Origin: Blepharisma stoltei ATCC 30299
Lineage: Eukaryota > Protista > Ciliophora
DNA: 64,000 nucleotides
NCBI GenBank assembly: GCA_965603825.1
Contig: CBFDEM010000010.1
Location: forward strand, 1-64,000
Direction: 5' to 3'
The notes beneath the pieces are model-generated. The model did no database searches, was not told the origin of the DNA, and worked only from the letters and a program-made list of their open reading frames with translations. Made by a program: the position numbers and the translations under genes. Below, one piece after another: positions 35,907 through 47,142 of this stretch (the stretch's first letter is position 1; each line of letters starts with the position of its first letter).

Positions 35907-38900
35907 TTAATTTACAGTTTTATTCAAATGCAATTTATCTCAATAACGAAGTTGTTGATACTCTATAGAGTCGTCATAGAGTTCTTTAGCTGTATTCATT
36001 TCTTCTTTCATGTGGCAATCTATCAAAGTAAGTCTTCGAATATTAAATGGGAAATTATCTTGTATTTTAATATTCTCGTTGATAATTTTTTCATGGCTTA
36101 TTTTGAGACTGCGCCTTTCATTAATTTTTTTAATTTTATCTTCAACTTTTTCCATAAGAAATCCACCTGCACTGATAATTCCACTAATAGACCCCATCAA
36201 GGTACTAATAAAAAATAAAAATGTGTTATTAAGGCTTCTTATTGTTAAAACACCAATAGTATCTATATCCAAAGTCACCACAATCCCAAGTGTTCTAGTC
36301 AAAGTCATTTGAGTAACTGATGCACTAAATCCTTGTGTTGATTCTTGGCTTGACGAAACTAAAAATCCAGTTTGATTCGTTTGTCACTTAGAAACATCTG
36401 AGATAAATAGCTAAATAACTATTACTGATGGAATCATATTAAAATGCATATATGAAGGATTGACACCTATGAAAACCTGGCCAGAAGGAGGAGAAAGATA
36501 GAGATCATGAGAACTTTTTTCATTAGGAATTGAAGAGTCTGCAGTTACATTTGCATATAAGTAGCTCGCATAGCTTGTTGGCTCTGCAAAAGATATGTAA
36601 AAATAAGCTCCAGTTCCGAGATTGCATGAATTGAATGTTGCTTGCACAAAGCAATTTTTTTGATCTTTAAAGCATTCTACTACAACTGATTTACTGATAA
36701 TATTGTATTGATATCAAGATATATACTCATTGCAAGCGCTGCCCGTAACACATGAACCTCCATAATTATAAGCTCCAACTATAATTGTGATGTCACTGTC
36801 AAAATTTTCAGCTTGCTTAATAAGAGTTTCATACGGAAGCAAAGTCTTTGATTCTATCACGTTGTTATATCAGTACTCAAGATTAGATAAAGTAAAAATG
36901 TATATCACTCCAATAAATGCTAAAGCAGAGAAAAAACCACCAATGCTTGTTCGTTTCAGGTACATAGGCTTGCCTTCTTCATTATGTTTATCATTATATA
37001 TATCAAATTTCGTGAATTTTTCAAAATTTTTACTATTTCAAGCCAAAATACTTATCCAAAAAACCAAAAATATGGCAAGCCCAACGCCAAGCCATAGAGT
37101 GACTTTTTGAATAACACTTAACTCAGGTGAGTACTGGTCAGGTTGGTCTGTCTCTTCAGCGTTATTATGAAGTAAAACAATTGGTTCTGTAGATCCAACA
37201 GGACATGCCATACCTGCAGGGCATTTTTTGCACATCCCAGACCCAGGAACATCATTATATGTCCCTAACTCACAAGGAACACACACAAACTGGCTTGCTC
37301 CTCCTTGATATTCATTTATTGTTCCTATTGGGCATGGGTTGCATTTATCTATGCTTGAATCTTCTGATCAGGTTCCAATAGGGCATCAAATACACTCTAA
37401 ACCTGATTTATAAGCTCCTTCACTACATGGGCCATCCTCTAAAGACAATTTAATGAAATCAGATGTAGGAATATTGTTTATTCTAAGTGAGCTTGATCTA
37501 GTGCCAGCAAAAATGTAAATATCATTTTTCATATAAATTGACCGGTGGCTAAATAAATTTGTACTTAAGCCTAGAACTGCATCAACTGAATAGTTTTGTC
37601 CGTTAAGAAAAATAGCAACATTTGATGAAAAAATATTCTTAAACTCTCCGCCAATAGTGATTATGAATGAAGATGACAAAATTATGTTTGATGCTTCACT
37701 TAATGAAAACTGCAAATAATCAATAGTTTGGACGATTTCCCATGAATTTTGTTTTAAACTGAATCTATATATACTTTTATTCGGCAGATTATTATCTGTT
37801 TCTCCCATAAAAACATAAAACAAGAAGTCATCATCCTCGTGATCAGCGTAGCATTGGTGCCATGCTAATGGAGGGATAGTATCTCCTAGAGGGATTTTTT
37901 GGACTCAACCTAAAATTGTTATATCATATTGATATAAAATATTACTAAGTCCTGAACTTGTTACGCCACCATATAGAAAAATATAAGGAATTGCAGCATC
38001 TATGCATGCACCTTTTGCTGGAAGAGGGCTTTTTCCTGTAGAAGTAATTATTTGAGATCAGCTCTTAGAAGTTGCAGAATAAATATAAAAATCATTGAGT
38101 AGGCCAGTTGAATCTTCTCCTCCAAAAATAACCATTCCATAGCCAATACCTGTATGAGCATGGCCATATCTTGCAGATGGTTCATATAAAGGATTTTCTT
38201 GCACCCATTCATTATTGTCAACGCTGTATACCCAAAAATCATCTAACCTATATTAAATATTACAGATTCCCATTTCTTCCTTGTCCTCCAAATATAGCAA
38301 TTTTGTCATTTATTTGCTCCATTGCAAACCTCATTCTTGGAGGAGGCGAAACTCAATTAGAGGTCAATGTTGAAAACTTTGGATTTTCATAAGAAATATT
38401 AATATAAATCAAATCATTTGTATAAGTAGATCCACTGTATTGAAATAAAGTTGAGTTGACAAAAGTATTCCCAGCCTGACTTCTAAGCTGAGTGTTTTTG
38501 TCTATATCAAAATCAACTTGTATTCACTGATCTAAATCGTTAAGGTTGATTTTTCAAATATCATTTATTCCCGCGTCGTAATTATAATCAAATCCTGGAA
38601 AAATATACAAAAATTCAGAATATATTGCTATGTAATGCCACATTCTCCCAATAGGGGATTTATTAAAAATGTGTTTCGTTCAGACTTGGTTTTGTAAGTC
38701 ATATATATAAAGATTATTATCATATACATATTCTGTTGTAAGTCCACCTCAGATATATAGTTTTCCATCAGAAAATGCAATTTTTGCGCTGTGAATCAAA
38801 GTAGGCCCATCCCCTGTATTTGGCATGATGATACAATTTAAACTCCCTGAATCAATCCTATAGTAAGTCTTACAAATAAATTAAATTTGAAAATCCAGAA

Positions 38901-39391
38901 TCAATAGCTCCTCCAAAAATCACATAATAAATATTACCTTTTCATTTAAAAGCTTCATATGCCACTGACGAGAGAGAATTTAATTTGCAGTTTTGCAGTT
39001 CTAATTCTTTCCAAACTAGTAAGTCTAAATCAAAGCTTCATATATCAGTTATGGCTCCAAGTTCGGTTTTGCCTGCCATGATTATTAGTGAATTTTCTGC
39101 TTCATTGAAAAATGATGCTGATTCTTTCCTTGCATCTGGAACTTTTGATGATGAAGGGCATAATTCTTGCCATTGATTATTGTTAAAATTGAAGGCTCAT
39201 ACATCATTATAATAAACATTTTCTGCTGAAGCCCCACCGAATAACAGGAGTCTGTTTGCGTTAGTGTCATAAACTGAAGATGGCAATGATCTTGCAGTTG
39301 GAGGGCAGCCTGTTTCGGGTATTTTGCTTTCTTTGATAGCTGAAGTTGCGAATATTACTGAGATAATTAGTAATAGGGCAAGCATTGCCAT
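35907..39391 (-). CDS. Kelch-propeller / Cys-rich repeat / 3-TM surface protein, paralog B, ~1145 aa, 3 introns
   Basis: Collinear with paralog A (IPET..PP..R, HNE..PM..TSIGGxFS, YGGxCV, ADSSIP.EKSS, TIGxLTxRS); introns 38858-38873, 38248-38263, 36411-36425; many TGA=Trp. Confidence 0.85.
36411..36425 (-). other. 15-nt intron GTAATAGTTATTTAG
   Basis: Removes in-frame TAG (MIPS|LFIS). Confidence 0.88.
38248..38263 (-). other. 16-nt intron GTAATATTTAATATAG
   Basis: Restores frame (GNL|LDDFWVY). Confidence 0.88.
38858..38873 (-). other. 16-nt intron GTAAGACTTACTATAG
   Basis: Restores frame (LIYL|IDSGSL). Confidence 0.88.
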
Positions 39392-39680
39392 ATATTTGAT
39401 TTAATTAGTAATTTTAACATCAAGAAAGAAATATGAAAATTTGATTTTAAGAGATATTTAAAGAATTATTTAGTGATTAAGAGAATAAATAAAATCAATA
39501 AAAAACTTCTTCCATTAATATTTAAATGGCCTTTTTGTCTCATGTTCTTAGAAATAAATTTCTTTTATCTCAGAAATTTGATTATTATTGACTTTAAACT
39601 TTAAAAACCCAGATAATGAAGTAATATCCATATTTATGAGTATCTAATTATTGTAAAAAAAGAATAGATAGAATTATAAT

Positions 39681-41456
39681 TTAACTATCTTCAGACTTTC
39701 TCTTCTTTTTAAGTTTTGATGAGTCTTCTTTGTGTTTTCTTTTAACAGGAAGGGATTCTTCATTTTCATTATCTTCTTCCACTTCATGTGTTTTTTCGGC
39801 TTTAGCTTTTCCTTTCTTTGTTTTTTTCTTTTCAATTACCTCTTCATCTGAAATTTCTTGTTCTTTTTCAACAGATTTTTTTCCTTTTGGCTTTGATAGC
39901 TCCTCCTCTTTTGGTTTTTTGATTTCTTTTGCTTCGTTTTTGTTCTTCTTTGATTTCTTTTCAGCATTTTTGTCTCCAATATTAATATCTAGATCCCCAA
40001 AGCTCTGTTTATCTGATTTCTCTTCTTTTACCTCTTTTTCATGCTTTTTATCTTTTTTCTCTTTTTTATTTCTTTTTTCTTTCTTACTCTTTTCTTTAAG
40101 ATCATGTACCAGATTTTCTAACTCTTCATTCTCATATGTATTTTCCATCAGCTTTTTCCTCTTTGCATCTTTTTTGTCTTTTTCTTTTTGCTTCTTCTCT
40201 TGACTCCATTGTTCATTTTCCTCTTCAATTTCTACTTTTTCCTCCTCTATCTCCATATCACTGTCCTCTGTCTTTTGCTTTTTTGCTTTTTCTCTTTTTT
40301 CTCCGCTATGCGGCTTGCTAGCTTCTTGTGGTATTTCATTATCATATTTCTTTAGCTTGCATACAAAGAACCCTTCCATGTTGTAAACGTGAGGATAAAT
40401 TCTCTTACATTTGGTCATTGATGGGTGGAATATTTTTCCTTTGAATTTTGGAAGCCCAGGTTCTCCAATAGTTAGCCCAGTATCAACAATTTTTACATGT
40501 CGATTTTTCAAGGCATAGCTGATGACTTCTTCATTTTCTTCGATAGAAATTGAACAAGTTGAATACACAATATATCCTCCTGTGCTGGATCTAGCATTTA
40601 CTACATCAATTGCTTCTAATAATAGCTCTTTTTGTATATGGGAATTTTTCTTGATATCTTCAGTTGTCCTCATTGCTTTTACTGATTGGTCTTTCCATAT
40701 AACTCCAAGCCCAGAGCATGGGGCGTCTAATAAGACTCTGTCAAATCCGTTTAAAACTTTTCCAATTTTTCTTCCGTCATAGTTTGTGATAATACAGTTG
40801 GTTATACCCAACCTGTGGACATTCCCTTTAATTGATATAAGTCTGTCCTTATTCATCTCATTAGCAACCAAAACGCCTGTGTTTTTCATTAGCTGGCCAA
40901 TGTGTGTGGTTTTTCCTCCTGGAGCAGCACACATATCCAGTATTCTTTCACCTGGCTTAGGTGCCAAAGCCATCACAGGCAGAAATGAGCTAGCTGACTG
41001 AAGCATATAATGTCCAGCCAAATACTCAGTAGTTGCTCCTATCGGGACTTGACTTTCGATAATTTTCAGTCCAACCTTGCTTCATTCGCCTACTGGGTCA
41101 AGATTTACACCTTTTTGTATCAGTGATTGGGCAAGCTCCCTTCGCTTAGTTTTCAATGTATTTGTGCGGATTACCATAGGACGTGGAGTTTGGTTTGCTT
41201 CTAAGAATTCGACAAGTTCAGCTGGTGGGAAAAATGATGCGAGGTAGGCTGCGAGGTCTCGATTGTACTCATAATAAATGATGATATTGTCCACAAGTTC
41301 ATCGAGATATTCAGATCGTGTTTTTTCTCTGGGTTCATCTTTATATCGAACGAGAGTTTGAACAAGCTCTTGAATTTTCATGTGAACTAATCCAAGATCT
41401 GACTTCATGTGTGTGTCATTTCCTTCGGATACATGGACAGATATCTCTTCACTCAT
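39681..41456 (-). CDS. NOP2: Nop2/NSUN1 rRNA m5C methyltransferase, 591 aa, K/E-rich tail
   Basis: IRTNTLKTKRRELAQ, GEW(TGA)SKVGL, ILDMCAAPGGKT, VLLDAPCSG, VYSTCS. Confidence 0.95.
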
Positions 41457-41571
41457 TGAAATTAATATGGATTATTAAAAAGACTTATTTATACATTACT
41501 TAAGGCTATCAAAATATTTAAGCTTTGGTAAAGAAATTGTGATAATTTATGATGCTAAATATCTCAAATGC

Positions 41572-42372
41572 CTAAATACTGTGAATCGTATCTGGCCAAT
41601 AAGCTCCATCAAATTGCAGCTTTGACATCCTTGGCATTAGGCATATAAGCAAGCTTTGAGTCCCAAAAACTGTCTCAAGGTTCTTCCTCCAGCTTCCTCT
41701 CGAAAAATCATAAATTCTTTTAAGTTCTGGAGCTCCAATAATTCCAAAAAGTTCAATAGTAGTCCTTCCTCTTAATGCAAGAAACCAATGCCACCCTCCA
41801 AATCCAGCTATAACCACCGAAAAAACAGCAGAAAGCACAAACGACAACTGTAAAGTCGCAATTCTTGGCCTTGCCCCTAAACAAGGATAACTAACTCCTA
41901 CATAAAATAAGCACCCAAGGGTTATATAAGTCAAAAACAGCAAAAAATACCTATGATTTTTATGTCCCATGCAGTTATGAATCCATGGGCAATGGTGATC
42001 CATCTTCAATACACACTTTTTACAGATTGAGCAATGGTGTGCTCGGGGTGGCTTTGCCTTTTTGCAATATTTACATTTAGGGAAGCCAGGAAGGTCTTCA
42101 GGGTTTCCAGGGCCAATTATTACACACATAATATAATTGAATAGGATATTGAATAAAAATCATAAGCCTAGGGAGGTTAGAATGAGAGATTGGTAAATTC
42201 CGTAAAAGGGTGCAATCCGTGGTAGCACATCATTGAAATATGAATATGTCACTGTTCCGACAAGGAGAAATAAAGCAACTATGAGGATAGGCCCTAGGAT
42301 TCGCATGATAATGTTGGAGATTTTTTCGGAGTTGATGCGGATAAGCCCTGCTAGGTGGACAGCTAATGGCAT
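41572..42372 (-). CDS. DHHC palmitoyltransferase, 266 aa
   Basis: [32 protein letters not shown] motif, 4 TM; joined via TGA at 42160. Confidence 0.93.
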
Positions 42373-42407
42373 TTTAAGTTATTTTATGGCCTATATTAAT
42401 AAAATAA

Positions 42408-42689
42408 ATGCTAGGATTTAGGCTTTTCAGATCTTTTGTAACGAAAGAAGAGCTATTTCCAATGATCAAAAATATACTTATTGAGAAAAACCAGGTACCA
42501 GAAAGCCAAATAACTCTCAATTCAACATTTTCAGAGTTAGGGCTCACTGAATTTGAAGGTGCTGATGTAGTGATGTCATTATGTGTTCGATCCAAATTTA
42601 GGGTTGATCCAAGTTATGCTAGTGAGATTGCAGGAATTAAATCAATTTCTCAATTACAGGAATTTGCAGAGAAATTTATTCCTAAATAA
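42408..42689 (+). CDS. Divergent mitochondrial acyl-carrier-protein-like protein, 93 aa
   Basis: Presequence-like MLGFRLFRSF; ITLNSTFSELGL..DVVM..F..A..IKSI..L.EF pattern resembles ACP. Confidence 0.6.
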   Translation: MLGFRLFRSFVTKEELFPMIKNILIEKNQVPESQITLNSTFSELGLTEFEGADVVMSLCVRSKFRVDPSYASEIAGIKSISQLQEFAEKFIPK

Positions 42690-42770
42690 GAATTCTTTGA
42701 TGAAATTGTAATTTAATTAAAATTCGTATTATTCTGTCAATATAATTTGAAATATAAACTTAAAGAAAAA

Positions 42771-43442
42771 TTATAACAAATGAACTAATAAGCTTAAAAA
42801 CCCTAGCGTTTTGATCATTGAAGAGTCCACAATAAAATTAAGATTCAGAATGTACTCTGGAAACAAATTTTCAGCACAGAAAGGCGCTGAGTATAAAGTA
42901 ATGTAGTTGTCCACCGTATAATTTCACAGCAGCATATCCCTATAATACATCTGCCCATCATGATTTGAGCACACAGTCCAAAAATCCTCATACAGCTCAG
43001 AGCTTTTATCAGCATAGCAATACTTATTTCCATCCATTCCACACAAGCAGTCTGCATAATCCCCATCTTTAAGCTTGCAGTCGTCTGTGGTATTGCATGT
43101 TTTCGGAAAAGTTCCATTGACTAAATCTCTATTCGCCGTTCTTGTTTCACACTTCACATAATAATCCAATTGAATCTTATTATTTTCTGTCTCTTCTCCC
43201 ACAAAGCATGGCAAATTAATTGTATCTCCTGTGGCTTGGCTTTTTACGACTGCATCTTCTACATATGTATGGTTGCATGTCAAATAGGAGCATCCTTTAT
43301 CATTAAGAGTTACCGTATTCTGGCTACCATACACAATGGCACATACTAAATCATCAAGAGTATCACAAGTAAACGTATAGCAGTCCTGACAATTAGAAGC
43401 CACAAGCAAGAGCCCAAGTATTACTAAATGGGGTAACTTCAT
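42771..43442 (-). CDS. Cys-rich secreted, probably GPI-anchored surface protein, 223 aa
   Basis: Signal peptide, C..DDC..CLCGMDGNKYC; reads through TGA at 42924 to a hydrophobic C-terminus and TAA. Confidence 0.82.
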
Positions 43443-43460
43443 TATGTTAAAAATTGTAAT

Positions 43461-45173
43461 ATGGATTCAGCGTGCGAAAGCACCACAGCTGATAGAAATA
43501 TCAATGAAGTGGATGTGCCAAAATATATTTTTGAGTTAACCGATGAGGCGTTTAGGTGCATTATGAATGGGCAATTTGATGAAGCTTTAATAGGGTTGAT
43601 TAAATGTGAGGAAATGATTGAGGCAGTTGTAAATAAAAAAGGATATGTGGATCCAGATGTAGCTGTTATGGTTTTGCATAATATAGCAGTTTGCTATCAG
43701 AATTTAGGAAGCCTTGAAGAATGTGTAGATTATCTGGAAAATTGTCTCCTTAATCGGAATTCTAAGAAAATTCAAAATTCCAATAATCGAATCCAAACTC
43801 TTGAAACTCAAGTGAGCGATAAAATTAAAAAAGAAACCTACCAATGCAAATCAAATCTCAATCTATGTGCTATTTCTTCTCAATTATCAAGGCATGAAAT
43901 AGCTCTCCTTTATGCAAGGAGAGCTGCTGGAAATATTTATGAAATTCTTCAAGATTGCTTCAAACTTTGTACAAGCTTCATTTTGAGGCTTAAAAAAGCA
44001 CGAATCCACAACAATATAAAAAATTATTTTGGGAGTTCTAATACTTATATTGAAGAAAAATACAGAGAGATTATTGATAAAAATTATCCCATAGTAGCTT
44101 CCTTAAATCAAATAGTAGCTGAAAAAGAGCAAAAGCAGCAGCAAAATTCAAAAATGCTAAAGCTAAATATTAAATCAGCAGCTAGCATCCAAAATATTGG
44201 AGAAAAATTTTTTTATTTAAAACTCGAAGAAGCTATTGCTGCAAAACCTTTAGCTTATAGAGACCTTAAATCCTCTTCTAATCTAATTGCTGAAATTTCA
44301 AAAGAGAGGTTATATGAGAAAATTTGTTTGCTTGTCATCTCATATTTTTTCATATCTACTGAATTATGATTTCTTAATAAACAAGAAAACTCAGAGACTA
44401 AATTTTCAGAATCAAAAAAATGGCACTATAAATCTCTAGAAATTGCAGAAAAATTAATGCCTTATAGTTCACCTATCTTGCAAAATATTAAAGATAGCTA
44501 TTATGATCGCTATCCACTAAATATGGTTCAAAATATTTTCATCAAAAATACAGAATTTTCTTTAAGTCAAACCAAAATGAGTGATAAGAAACAAAAACTG
44601 AAAAAAGTTTATGGAAGATCTTCTTCAGTTAAGCCAAATATAAAAAATTTCTCGAAAACATTAGACAAATTCCAATCCAGGAATAAAACTCCTCTGCTAA
44701 TAACAACTAAACAAGGATCATCTAGATCATCTAAATCACCATCAAGGCTTAAAAGAAAATCTATAACAGACCGAGACAAAATTGAGAATATTGACAAATT
44801 TAATAAAACAGTTGAAAATACAAAGCAGAAGAAAGAAGAAATAAATTTTGAAAATACCTCAAATAATAAAATAACAAATAATTTGATGAATTTGATGAAA
44901 ACTTATGATCTATCTGATGATTCAAGTGGAAGCTCTGAGTCTTCTTTTGATGAAGAATATTTTAGACAAAATTTTATATTGACATCAAATGACTTATATG
45001 GAAATTTTGATAAAGAAACTAATGAAAATAAGAAAAAGAATAGTACAAGTAAGCGCAGACTTATTAAAATAGACACAAAAACCTCTGAAATGAGCAATGA
45101 AGATGAGTTCATGCCTGCTATAAGACTAATAAATCCAAACAAAGAAAGTAACTATGAGTTTGTACATAATTAA
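43461..45173 (+). CDS. TPR-like hypothetical protein, 570 aa, low-complexity C-terminus
   Basis: VLHNIAVCYQNLG and NLCAISSQLSRHEIAL.YA TPR-like helices; ORFs join via TGA at 44367. Confidence 0.8.
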
Positions 45174-45268
45174 TTCTTGAATTATTTTTAGTATCAAAAT
45201 TAAATAATTATTTTAAATTAATAAATAAAACTAGATTATAGAGAAATTCGCATGTAAATTTTCATTAA

Positions 45269-46276
45269 TTATAACTTGCTTCTTACAAAAAAGAACAAAG
45301 GTATAGATAATCCACAAGCGCTTAAAATAGGCTTTAAATAAATCATTTTGCTTGCTGTGTCTCTAAAGTTGAGCTCATCATATAAGAGCAGTCTATTCAT
45401 AATTTTATATGGTCCTCTTATGCTAAAATAACTCCAGTCTCTTATAGTTGTGTTTCTTTCTTCTTCAGGGAGTAGAAATACTAGGCTTTTTACTCTTCGA
45501 AAAGTGATCCCTCATAGATGATACTCTGTGGTACGGTCTGGAGGATTTTTCTCATTATAAGTATATGAGTCAATGCTGGGTGTTTTAGGTAGAACTACAC
45601 CTGCTGTGTGACCATTGACGTTTATTTGCAGCCCAATTGATTTTATGAGTGTAATATTTTTGGAAAACTCGATTGGTTTATATATTTCTGAATACATTTT
45701 ACCTTTAAATTTGTGGGTGAAATTATCAAAAGATACCCACCTATAGGAATGAACTTCATTGGGGCTGAGATTAATTAGATGGTTTTCTGGAGTAAGCTGT
45801 ATAAATACTAAATATTAAATACCATAAAGACCAAGAAGCATATTTCGATGATAATAAGGGAAAATTTCTTTCATAGCCCCAACATAGGCAAACTTATTTT
45901 GATCCGATAAATCCAGGCCAATCTCTTCATAGGTTTCTCGGACTGCAGCTTGATAAGGAGTTTCCCCTTTTTCAACTTTTCCACCCGGAAATGCAACTTG
46001 CCCTGAATGCTTGTCTTTAGGGTGTTGAGTTCTTTTAATAAATAGTAATTGCAAGTCTCCATCATTTACCCAAGGTTGGTTTTCAAAATATTGCTTCAGC
46101 TGATCTTGATTTGTGATTTGAAAATTTTGAGTATTTGATGGAATAAAACTAGAAGGAATTTTTGGAACAATTTTAAAAATAGCGGCTATGCTTGCTCTGC
46201 GGCCAATGTAATCGTTTTCTTTGATAGAATCTGCTGCAAGCTTTTCTGCGAGCTTTAGGAATCTGTGTAATGGCAT
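45269..46276 (-). CDS. Nudix hydrolase, CoA-diphosphatase (NUDT7/Pcd1-like), ending in PTS1 SKL, 330 aa; one intron
   Basis: HSGQVAFPGGK..AAVRETYEEIGL, NEV, LW(TGA)GIT; C-terminus RSKL-TAA. Confidence 0.88.
45808..45822 (-). other. 15-nt intron GTATTTAATATTTAG
   Basis: Removes in-frame TAA (GLYV|FIQ). Confidence 0.85.
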
Positions 46277-46365
46277 TAATTATAGTTATGCTTATTTAAT
46301 GTAAATTGACTCTTCACAAATTTATTGCATAACTTGAGTAAAATTTCAAAAAATCCTTATAAATT

Positions 46366-46956
46366 ATGTCAGATAAGTTAAATCCTAATTTTTCAAGAAC
46401 CAAGGGTAAAAAGCCATGTATGCTTGATAAAGAATTGAATTTGAAACTTGATTTAAAGGAATTTTCCAATCCATCATCTTCTAGAGGATTTACGTCTAAA
46501 AAAGGAGTAAACTATATATCATGCCATACAGACAGATGCTCTTCAAGCTCAAGAAATCAATATGATCCAAAATGCCACTTAGGCTCTTTAACAAAAACTT
46601 CTTGAAGGTCTAAAGGACCAATCATAAAGGCACAAGAAGATTTTGACAATTTTTATAACAGTATAACCCCTTCTTTACGTTGAAAGCTAAACAAACAAGA
46701 AACCCCAGAAATTTTGAATTTTGGCCATAAACCGTCGATACTAAATCCAAATTTTATCCCTTCCGAACCCAGCGCATCTTCTAAACTAAAAGAATTATTA
46801 CCGTTTGGCACACTAAAGAAAATCAAAAATATAATAAAAATAAACGAAATCAATGAAGATGAAGAGTAATTATTATTCAGTTATATCCAAGAATTAAAAG
46901 ATTTTGCTTTTGAGGTGCTGTCCCAAACAACGAAAAAAGATATGAAAAAAGATTAA
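46366..46956 (+). CDS. Hypothetical protein, ~191 aa; one probable intron
   Basis: Frame continues through 2 TGA; 15-nt intron 46866-46880; TAA at 46954. Confidence 0.65.
46866..46880 (+). other. 15-nt intron GTAATTATTATTCAG
   Basis: Fits the consensus (A at position 10); removes TAA and adds 24 coding-like codons. Confidence 0.65.
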
Positions 46957-47142
46957 TGTAGATTCAGTAATGATTTTAATTATTCTTTTAACTAAATTAC
47001 TTTATGTATGATATATTTTTGCAATTATTTATATTTTTCAAAATTAAGAGGATAAATTATGATGAGTAAATATTTATCTCTTTTATTGAAATAATATTAA
47101 ATTCAACATATAAGATAACTAATTCTTCTTATATTAATAAAA

